From Acidobacteriaceae bacterium (GTDB taxonomy: Bacteria > Acidobacteriota > Terriglobia > Terriglobales > Acidobacteriaceae): a stretch of DNA of 64,000 bases. Position 1 is the first letter of the stretch. Each line of letters opens with the position of its first letter. Shown here in pieces: positions 48,597-55,723 of this stretch. Under the pieces are notes generated by a model. It did no database searches and had not been told where the DNA came from. It saw only the letters and a program-made list of their open reading frames with translations. Made by a program: the position numbers and the translations under genes. Where the stretch lies: NCBI GenBank assembly GCA_030041045.1, contig JASHOQ010000115.1:5702-69701 (forward strand). The letters are read 5' to 3'.

Positions 48597-48831
48597 GGCC
48601 ATTGCTCTTGGCTTTTCCATACCAGCGGGCTTCCGCGGCTTTCACCGCAATGGACTTCCGTTGCTCCTCGGACAACTTGGCCGCTCGCACAGCAGCTCCC
48701 TTGACTCCCCCCGCCCTGCCTCGAACATGGGGATTCCGTTTGGCGGCACTGACCGGGTCATCCAGGCCCTCTGTCGCAATTTCAACGACCATCTTTGCGA
48801 GTTGGTTCGGATCACGCGGGCGCTTCGGCAT
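48532..48831 (-). CDS. small basic protein (99 aa), function unknown
   Basis: MPKRPRDPNQLAKMVVEIATEG...GRAGGVKGAAVRAAKLSEEQRKSIAVKAAEARW resembles a widespread small basic protein type (recollection). Its 3' end overlaps the ATPase gene by 65 nt (convergent). Confidence 0.5.
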   Translation of the reverse strand: MPKRPRDPNQLAKMVVEIATEGLDDPVSAAKRNPHVRGRAGGVKGAAVRAAKLSEEQRKSIAVKAAEARWYGKAKSNGPSRSKVSQGDLHRQSRLRPRP

Positions 48832-48876
48832 GTCTCAAGTTTGCCTGACTGGGTTAAGCACCGCAACCCCCTACGC

Positions 48877-48896
48877 TTTCAAACTGAGACACTACC
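48877..48896. repeat. right terminal inverted repeat of the transposon
   Basis: TTTCAAACTGAGACACTACC followed by the duplicated CGGTTCAT. Confidence 0.85.
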
Positions 48897-48926
48897 CGGT
48901 TCATGGCAGATTGGCGGGCGTGCTGT

Positions 48927-48962
48927 CCCACCCATTCCGCAAACAACGCGGAAAGGATGAGG
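48927..48962. repeat. REP-like imperfect palindrome (copy 2)
   Basis: CCCACCCATTCCGC-AAACAAC-GCGGAAAGGATGAGG. Related to the reverse complement of 23263-23299. Confidence 0.4.
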
Positions 48963-49029
48963 CAACCAGGTTTACATCGCAACAAACACCCCGATATGTG
49001 CCGGGCGGAAAATCGCGTTCGCCTTGCGA

Positions 49030-49845
49030 TCAATTCCCCAGGTTCGCGCTCACTGCGCGCGAGCGGCCCAGTCCGACCTTCCACGCATAGAGGCGCGCCA
49101 GCAGCTTGCCGTAATCCCACGCCACTTTGAAGTTGGCCTTGCTGGCGCCGCGATAACGGCTGCCGAAGACGAACGGCACCTCCTGCATAGTGCCGAGCCG
49201 CGCACGCACCAGGATTTCCAGCAGCAGCTTGAAGCCGGCGCGCTGGAATTCGATCTGATTCACGGCCGCGCGCCGCACCAGGAAGAAACCGGACATGGGA
49301 TCCCGGGCACGCAGCTTGCGCCGCTGCAGCGGCAAGGTAGCCCAGACAGCCGCGGCCGAAAGCAGCTTGCGCAAGGGATGCCATCCGCCCAGCCCGCCGC
49401 CCGGCGTATAGCGGCTGCCGATGGCCAGGTCGCGCCCTTCGGCGATGGCCGCATAGAGTTCCCGCAAAAGCTCCGGCGGATGCTGCAGGTCGGCATCCAT
49501 CACACCCAGCACCGGGGCGTCAGTCGCGCGCCAGCCATCGAGTACGGCGCCGGAAAGCCCGCGCTCGCCCGTGCGCACGATCAGGCGCACGCGCTCGTCC
49601 TCCGCGGCAATCCTCGAAACCACCTCGCTCGTGCCGTCGGGGCTGTCGTCGTCCACCACGATGATCTCGTAGTCGATCTCGAGGGGATCCAGGGCCGCGC
49701 GCACCATGCCGAGGACGCGGGCAATGTTTTCCGCTTCACACAGTGTGGGAATGACCAGAGCCAGCTTCAGGCGCGCGCACTCAGACACGCCACCGGAGCT
49801 CCGGAGGCTCGCAGCGTGCACCGGTTCTCGAATCGGCAGCGACAT
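49030..49845 (-). CDS. GT2 polyprenol-phosphate mannosyl/glycosyl transferase (Dpm1/Ppm1-like)
   Basis: Start moved to ATG 49845. LALVIPTLCEAENI...IIVVDDDSPDGT...VMDADLQHPPE... Confidence 0.85.
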   Translation of the reverse strand: MSLPIREPVHAASLRSSGGVSECARLKLALVIPTLCEAENIARVLGMVRAALDPLEIDYEIIVVDDDSPDGTSEVVSRIAAEDERVRLIVRTGERGLSGAVLDGWRATDAPVLGVMDADLQHPPELLRELYAAIAEGRDLAIGSRYTPGGGLGGWHPLRKLLSAAAVWATLPLQRRKLRARDPMSGFFLVRRAAVNQIEFQRAGFKLLLEILVRARLGTMQEVPFVFGSRYRGASKANFKVAWDYGKLLARLYAWKVGLGRSRAVSANLGN

Positions 49846-49912
49846 AGAAAGATGCGATAATTCTATCGCCGGAAACCCTCTCCTGAACAGGCGCAAAGGG
49901 AGCTCAAGACGT

Positions 49913-51460
49913 TTGCGGAACCAGACTTTCTACGCGAGAGCACTGCTCACTTTATGCTTCACCCTCGTCGGTTTCGCCGTGATGGGCTATCATCCCGGCC
50001 TGGAAGACGACGGGGTTTATCTGGCTGCGGTCAAGGCGCGCCTCGACCCCACCCTGTTTCCGCACAACGCCGCGTTCTTTGAGCTGCAGACGCAGGCTAC
50101 CGTCTTTGACTCCTGCCTGGCCGGTTTTGTGAGAGCCGCGCATATGCCTCTGGCCTGGGCTGAGCTCTTCTGGCAGCTCGCGTGCCTGTTCGCCATTCTC
50201 TTTGCCTGCCAAAGCATCGCGCGGCGGCTGTTTGCCTCGTTCGCCGCCGTGTGGGCCGGCGTGGCCCTGGTGGCGGCAATGTTTACCCTGCCCGTCGCCG
50301 GCACCGCGCTCTACCTCGCTGACCAGCACCTGCACCCGCGCAATGCAGCCGCGGCCTTGATCCTGCTGGCCGTCTCGCGGATTCTTGCCCGAAGGCGCCG
50401 ACAGGCCGTTCCGCTTTTGCTTGCAGCCGCGCTCGTGCACCCGCTGATGGCCGCGCTGGGCATCTCCTTTTGCGCGCTGCTCACGCTGGCGCTGCTCGAC
50501 CCGGTGCACGCGTGCGTGCTCTCGCTCCGTGCGCGCGTCCTCTCGCTCATTGACCGGCCCCTGGCCGTTTCGCGTGGCCTGGAGCGCGGGAAAGCCGCGG
50601 CGCTCCTGCCGCTGGCCTGGCTGTTGCAGCCGGCGAATCCAGCGTGGCTCAAGGCGCTCAACACGCGCATCTACTGCCATCTTTCTCAGTGGACCTGGTA
50701 CGAATGGCTGGGAGCGCTGGCGCCGCTGGCGCTCTTCTGGCTGCTCTGGCGCGTAGCCGAGAGGCGCGGAGAAAAATCCCTGGCGCGGTTTGCCCTGGCC
50801 GTCTTTGCCTACGGCGTCCTGCAGCAGGCGGTCGCCGTGGCGCTGCTCACGCCTGCGCGCTGGGCGCGGCTCATGCCGCTGCAACCCATGCGCTACCTGC
50901 AACTGGTCTACTTCTTTCTCGCGCTTGTGGCCGGAGGTCTCGCGGGCCGGTTTCTTTTGCGCGGACCCTCAGTCCGCGCGACCGTCTCTCGCTGGGCCGT
51001 GTTTCTCGTTTTGATCAACGGCGTCATGCTTGTGGGCCAGCTTACGTCCTTCCGCGGCAGCCCGCACTTCGAGCTGCCCGGCGTGCGCCCGGCCAATCCC
51101 TGGCTGCAGGCTTTCGCGTGGATCGGGGCCAACACTCCCCGCGAGGCGTATTTCGTTCTCGACCCCCAATACCTGCGCGCGCCCGGCGAGGATTACCACG
51201 GCTTTCGCGCGCTCGCGCGGCGCAGCAGCCTGGCCGACGAAGTGAAGGACGCCGGCGTGGCCATGCAGGTTCCCGAGCTGGCCCCGGTGTGGGCGCGCCA
51301 GGTCGCGGCCGAGCAGGGCTGGAGCCGTTTCACCCTCGCCGACTTCGAACGGTTGAAGGCCGAGTTCGGCGTCGACTGGGCGCTGGTCGCGTATCCGCAG
51401 CCCGCCGGACTTGACTGCGTGTGGCACAATCGCGCGCTCGCCGTCTGCCGCATTCCCTGA
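49913..51460 (+). CDS. polytopic membrane protein, possible GT-C-type glycosyltransferase
   Basis: More than 10 hydrophobic helices and a C-terminal soluble part. Divergent from the GT2 gene. The start is uncertain (TTG 49913 or a later GTG/ATG). The upstream part of the track ORF overlaps the GT2 gene. Confidence 0.55.
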   Translation: MRNQTFYARALLTLCFTLVGFAVMGYHPGLEDDGVYLAAVKARLDPTLFPHNAAFFELQTQATVFDSCLAGFVRAAHMPLAWAELFWQLACLFAILFACQSIARRLFASFAAVWAGVALVAAMFTLPVAGTALYLADQHLHPRNAAAALILLAVSRILARRRRQAVPLLLAAALVHPLMAALGISFCALLTLALLDPVHACVLSLRARVLSLIDRPLAVSRGLERGKAAALLPLAWLLQPANPAWLKALNTRIYCHLSQWTWYEWLGALAPLALFWLLWRVAERRGEKSLARFALAVFAYGVLQQAVAVALLTPARWARLMPLQPMRYLQLVYFFLALVAGGLAGRFLLRGPSVRATVSRWAVFLVLINGVMLVGQLTSFRGSPHFELPGVRPANPWLQAFAWIGANTPREAYFVLDPQYLRAPGEDYHGFRALARRSSLADEVKDAGVAMQVPELAPVWARQVAAEQGWSRFTLADFERLKAEFGVDWALVAYPQPAGLDCVWHNRALAVCRIP

Positions 51461-51530
51461 TACTCCGCCTGAGCGCCGCAAATCGCATTGCAGCTTGCGC
51501 CTCAATCCTGGAGAATGAGAGAGTCAACTC

Positions 51531-52961
51531 TTGCCGGCGCGGAGACTCCCGGACATGCTCAACCTCACCCAGCGAATGATTCTCGGCTGCCTGCTTCTGG
51601 CCGGACTTGCGGTCGTGCTGGTGGCCGCGACGCATCGTGCGCTCCTGGGCGCGGGCCAGCTGGGACTTGCCTATGGGCTCCTCGCCGCCATCGTCGTGGT
51701 TGCCGCAGGCATGGCGTTTTTCGCTCTGCGGCCCATTCGCGCGCTGGCCAGGGACGTGCGCAGCATCGCCCAGGGCAACCTGGAACACCGCGTGGAGTGG
51801 AGCAGCCGCGACGACTTCGGCGTCCTTGCCAGCGAGATCAACCGCATCGCCGTGCGCCTGCGCGAGCTGCGCGACACCGAGGCCGGCCGCCGGCAGATGG
51901 AGTTCCAGCTCTCCGACGCCGTGCTCCAATCCATCTTCGAGCCCATCATCGTCACTGACGGCAAGGGCCACGTGCTCAAGGTGAACCAGGCTGCGGCAGA
52001 GCTGCTGGGCGAGGCCGCAACCGACCGCATGGCGCTCACCAGCACGCCCGGAGGCGACAAAATCCTGAGCGCCATCCGCGACGCCGTCTCCATGCAGAAG
52101 CCGGTGGCCGCCGAGGACGAGGCCGCGCTTCTGCCCACGCGCATCGGCAAAAAGGAGCGCAGCTACCGGCTGCGCACCACGCCCATGCGCGACTCCGAAG
52201 GCCGCCTGCTGGGCACCGTGACCACGCTCGAAGACGTGACCACGCTCCAGGACACGGACCGCTTCAAGACGCAGTTCATCGCCGTGGCCAGCCGCAAGCT
52301 GCGCGACCCGCTGCTGCAGTTGCGGCGCGGCCTTTACGCGCTGAGCCAGGGCTACGGCGGCGAGCTCTCCCCGCTGCAGACCGAGCTGATGTCCAAGGCC
52401 AACAACGATGCCGAGCAGTTGAACGACCTGATGAACGACCTGATCGAAGTGGCCGAGCTCGACACCGGCAAGCGCGAGCTCAAGCTCGAGCGCCTCCGCC
52501 CCGCGCAGGCGCTCACTGAGGCGCGCGACCGCTATTGCGAAGAGGCTGCCGGCAAACACATTCACCTGGAAGTGAACGCCTACGCGGATCTGACGCCGGT
52601 GAAGGCCGACCGGCGCGCGCTGCGCTCCATTCTCGACAACCTTCTGGGCAACGCGCTGCGCTACACGCCGGCGGACGGCGAGATTTTTTTGAGCGCCGAG
52701 GAGATGAAGAACCATGTGCAGTTCACCGTGCGCGACACCGGCCGCGGCATTGAAGCCGACCGCCTGAGCCGCATCTTCGACCGCCTGAATCCGTTCTCGG
52801 AAAAAGGCACGGGGCTGGGGCTGGCGCTGGTTCGCCGTCTGGTGGAGTCGCTCGGCGGCCAGATCGCTGTGGAAAGCCGGCTCGGCCACGGCACCACCTT
52901 CCGTTTCACCCTCCCCGTCGCCGCTGTCGAAGAAGTCCGGCACCCGGTGGAGGCGGGGTAG
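51531..52961 (+). CDS. HAMP-PAS sensor histidine-kinase-like protein with degenerate H-box (His replaced by Arg)
   Basis: Two TM helices plus HAMP, a PAS-like region, and an H-box reading FIAVASRKLRDPL (CGC where CAC is expected). Intact N, G1 and G2 boxes: LDNLLGNALRYTP, VRDTGRGI, GTGLGLAL. Confidence 0.85.
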   Translation: MPARRLPDMLNLTQRMILGCLLLAGLAVVLVAATHRALLGAGQLGLAYGLLAAIVVVAAGMAFFALRPIRALARDVRSIAQGNLEHRVEWSSRDDFGVLASEINRIAVRLRELRDTEAGRRQMEFQLSDAVLQSIFEPIIVTDGKGHVLKVNQAAAELLGEAATDRMALTSTPGGDKILSAIRDAVSMQKPVAAEDEAALLPTRIGKKERSYRLRTTPMRDSEGRLLGTVTTLEDVTTLQDTDRFKTQFIAVASRKLRDPLLQLRRGLYALSQGYGGELSPLQTELMSKANNDAEQLNDLMNDLIEVAELDTGKRELKLERLRPAQALTEARDRYCEEAAGKHIHLEVNAYADLTPVKADRRALRSILDNLLGNALRYTPADGEIFLSAEEMKNHVQFTVRDTGRGIEADRLSRIFDRLNPFSEKGTGLGLALVRRLVESLGGQIAVESRLGHGTTFRFTLPVAAVEEVRHPVEAG

Positions 52962-52965
52962 CACG

Positions 52966-54093
52966 ATGGCTGAGTTGCAGCTCGAAACCAAACCGGAGCC
53001 GGCGAAACTGCGCATCTACCTGGGCGCAGCGCCCGGCGTGGGCAAAACCTACCACATGCTCGACGATGCCTACCTCATGCGCCACCAGCAGAACGTGGAC
53101 GTGGTCCTTGGCCTGGTGGAATCGCACGGACGGCAGGAGACCGAGGCGCGCATCCGCGACCTGGAACAGATTCCCCTCAAAGTCATTCCCTACCGCGGCG
53201 TCAACCTCAAAGAGATGGACGTGGACGCCATCCTCGCCCGCCATCCCGGCACCGTGGTGGTGGACGAGCTGGCGCACACCAACGTGCCCGGCAGCAAGAA
53301 CCGCAAGCGCTACGAAGACGTGCTGGAGCTGCTCGACGCGGGCATCAACGTGATGACCGCGGTGAATATCCAGCACCTGGAGACGCTGAACGACGCCGTG
53401 AGCCGCTCGGCCAACACCACCATCCGCGAGACTGTGCCCGACAGCTTTCTAAAGCGCGCCGACGAAGTGGTGAACGTGGACCTCACCGTGGACGAGCTGC
53501 GCTCGCGCCTCAAACAGGGCAAGATCTATGCGCCCGAAAAAGTGGAGCAGTCGCTGGCCAACTTTTTCCGCAAGGGCAATCTGAACATGCTGCGTGAGCT
53601 GGCGCTGCGCACCACGGCCGAGCAGGTGAGCGCCCGCGCCTCGGAGTATCGGCGCACGCAGGGCCTGGAGCAGGCGCCCATCCCGGAAAAAGTGATGGTC
53701 TGCCTGAGCACGCGCCCCGGCACGGAGCGCCTGCTGCGCGTGGGCGCGCGCATCGCCGGCCGCCTGGCCACCAACTGGTACGCCGTCTACGTGACCAAGC
53801 CCGACGACAAGGGCCACGGCGACCCCGAAGCCTATCATCGCCTGGAGGAGTACCAGCGCATGGCCAAAAGTCTGGGCGCGAAGGTGGTCTCGCTGGTCGA
53901 TCGCAATGTCTCTGACGCGCTCATCCGCTTCGCCCAGCAGGAGAACATCTCTCACGTGGTCTTCGGCCAATCGGTGCGCTCGCGCTGGGACATCTTGTTG
54001 CGCGGCTCCGTGCTCAACCGCTTCCTGGCCGAGGTGCGCGACGTTACCGTCCAGGTAGTCCCCATGCAGAAGCCGCTGCGCGCCCGGGCGTAA
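52966..54093 (+). CDS. KdpD N-terminal sensor domain + USP-like domain protein (no kinase core)
   Basis: LRIYLGAAPGVGKTYHMLDDA...VVDELAHTN...AVNIQHLE (KdpD N-terminal P-loop domain), then a USP-like region. Starts 4 nt after the kinase stop. Confidence 0.85.
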   Translation: MAELQLETKPEPAKLRIYLGAAPGVGKTYHMLDDAYLMRHQQNVDVVLGLVESHGRQETEARIRDLEQIPLKVIPYRGVNLKEMDVDAILARHPGTVVVDELAHTNVPGSKNRKRYEDVLELLDAGINVMTAVNIQHLETLNDAVSRSANTTIRETVPDSFLKRADEVVNVDLTVDELRSRLKQGKIYAPEKVEQSLANFFRKGNLNMLRELALRTTAEQVSARASEYRRTQGLEQAPIPEKVMVCLSTRPGTERLLRVGARIAGRLATNWYAVYVTKPDDKGHGDPEAYHRLEEYQRMAKSLGAKVVSLVDRNVSDALIRFAQQENISHVVFGQSVRSRWDILLRGSVLNRFLAEVRDVTVQVVPMQKPLRARA

Positions 54094-54098
54094 AGACA

Positions 54099-54259
54099 GG
54101 GAACAGGGAATAGGGAATAGGGAATAGGGAATAGGGAGTAGGGAATAGGGAGTAGGGAGTAGGGAGTAGAAAAACACGAGCGGGTACGGCTTTGCTGTTC
54201 CCTGTTCCCTGTTCCCTGTTCCCTATTCCCTACTCCCTACTCCCTGCTCCCTGCTCCCT
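54099..54259. repeat. heptamer arrays in inverted arms (10 x GGGARYA, 27-nt loop, 9 x complement) between convergent genes
   Basis: GGGAACA (GGGAATA)x4 GGGAGTA GGGAATA (GGGAGTA)x3 / GAAAAACACGAGCGGGTACGGCTTTGCT / (GTTCCCT)x4 ATTCCCT (ACTCCCT)x2 (GCTCCCT)x2. Confidence 0.9.
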
Positions 54260-54269
54260 ACCGCCCGCC

Positions 54270-54743
54270 TCACTCGCAGAAGACGCGGACCTTGGTTGCG
54301 TTTCCCTCTTTGCCGTCCACGTCCACGGTCAAGTCCTCCAGGTGATCGATCAGTTCCTCCAGATTCTCGGGCTTGATCTGCGAAAGGGTGAGCGGAACAC
54401 CGTGCTGGCTGAGCGCCTCGTCAAGATGCTCGTGGGCCTGCGCGGGGATGAGGCTCGCCAGGCGCACGCCTGCCCGCAGCAGTTGCATGGGCACGCGCAC
54501 GTTCACCGTGGTGGGACCTTTCATGCCGGTCGTCGCCTCGTCGGCTTCCACCAGCACGCGCAGGTATTTTGCGCGCGTCTTCGCCGAGCCTGCCTTGGCA
54601 TCTCCGCCGCCGCCCCCTGTGCCCTTGAATCCGCCCGCGGTCGCGGTCTCCGGCTCGATGGCTGCAAGTAAGCGTTCGGCCTCGTCGGTGGTGATCTTGC
54701 CCGCGGCGAGCATCTCCAGAATCTGACGCCTGTTCTCGTTCAT
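54270..54743 (-). CDS. SHOCT-like / LiaX-N-terminal-like domain protein
   Basis: Start moved to ATG 54743. RRQILEMLAAGKITTDEAERLLAAI, then a Gly-rich linker and a beta-rich C-terminus. Confidence 0.6.
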   Translation of the reverse strand: MNENRRQILEMLAAGKITTDEAERLLAAIEPETATAGGFKGTGGGGGDAKAGSAKTRAKYLRVLVEADEATTGMKGPTTVNVRVPMQLLRAGVRLASLIPAQAHEHLDEALSQHGVPLTLSQIKPENLEELIDHLEDLTVDVDGKEGNATKVRVFCE

Positions 54744-54810
54744 GTTTTCTCTCCTTGCCGATAAAAGTTGGTCGATTGATGTTGCCCGATTGAACTTTCT
54801 CCTTGAGCGC

Positions 54811-55071
54811 TCACAAAATCCGCACCCGCACAGTGTTGCCCTCGGCGCGGACATGCACGTGCGTTCCCGGCAGGCTGGAGACGATGTCCCAAAGGCCGCC
54901 GAGAGCCCGCCACGGGCTGACGCCGCCCGCGAGCGACAGGCCTGCCAAAACCAGAACCAGCAGCGGCAAGAGCAGCAGCGCCGGGATCCACAACAGGAAG
55001 AGCGGAACCCAGAGATTCGGGCTGTGCCAGCACTGGTTTTCAATGCGCAGAAGTGCGATGCTGGGAATCAT
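54811..55071 (-). CDS. small membrane protein
   Basis: Hydrophobic core VPLFLLWIPALLLLPLLVLVLAGLSLAG. Overlaps the upstream gene's stop by 4 nt. Confidence 0.45.
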   Translation of the reverse strand: MIPSIALLRIENQCWHSPNLWVPLFLLWIPALLLLPLLVLVLAGLSLAGGVSPWRALGGLWDIVSSLPGTHVHVRAEGNTVRVRIL

Positions 55072-55457
55072 TTGAGCGCCTCCAGCGCGCGGATAGCCTC
55101 TTCGGCTTCAATCTCCCCGCTCCTCAGCCGGTCCAGGATTTCTGTGCGCGAAGGCGAGGGGTTGGTCTCGACAAACTCAAGCTGGCTGGAGATGCGGTTG
55201 AGACGCGATTTGATCGTGGGGTAGCTCACGCCGAATGTCTGCTCCATCTCCTTGATGGACCCGTGGGAGCGGACGAAGGCCACGATGAAAACCTGGTCCT
55301 CCAGGCTCAGCCGCGCCAGCTCGGGCAGGAGGAACTCCCCCTCAACGGTCAGATTCCTCTCCGGTATCCGCACCCGCTCCACCACCAGGCCGGACCCCTC
55401 CGCCAAGCGCAGCAGGTCCTTCCAGTCGGCGGCCCGCTTTTTGGCTTCCTCGGTCAT
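55068..55457 (-). CDS. DUF2089-like HTH protein
   Basis: LSLEDQVFIVAFVRSHGSIKEMEQTFGVSYPTIKSRLNRI (sigma70 region-4-like HTH) plus C-terminal ILDRLRSGEIEAEEAIRAL. Confidence 0.65.
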   Translation of the reverse strand: MTEEAKKRAADWKDLLRLAEGSGLVVERVRIPERNLTVEGEFLLPELARLSLEDQVFIVAFVRSHGSIKEMEQTFGVSYPTIKSRLNRISSQLEFVETNPSPSRTEILDRLRSGEIEAEEAIRALEALK

Positions 55458-55723
55458 CTGGCGATCTCCTGTTTGTTCATCTCAGTAAGAACTGTAATTG
55501 ATATTCTTAATTATTACAAGAGAAAATATTGATTTTTATGAATAATTCGCTAAATCCTTTAGATGGGCTGCGGCGCTCTGCGCTTCCCCTCAGGAAATGA
55601 GTGCGGGGCGGCTTCCGCGAGGCCCAGCTCGGGTCGTGGCCGGCGTCTCCGGTGCGCGCAAGCTCTGCGTGATAGCCTGTGGGGGTTTTGGCGCATGCTG
55701 TCTCCGCGCCGGTTCTGATTGTC

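Larger units (their letters stand above)
45648..48896. mobile_element. IS1-family cargo transposon (3249 bp) with 20-bp perfect TIRs and 8-bp target-site duplication
   Basis: TIR-L GGTAGTGTCTCAGTTTGAAA (45648-45667) is the exact reverse complement of TIR-R TTTCAAACTGAGACACTACC (48877-48896). The direct repeat CGGTTCAT flanks both ends (45640-45647, 48897-48904). The interior is AT-richer and contains an IS1-type transposase. Confidence 0.85.

Noticed and set aside
49706-49912. 5' extension of the membrane-protein ORF
   Set aside because: It overlaps the divergent GT2 gene's coding region and has no membrane or signal features.
54099-54259. Heptamer arrays considered as CRISPR arrays
   Set aside because: The units are 7 nt with no unique spacers and no cas genes. 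They are tandem microsatellite-like arrays, not CRISPR.
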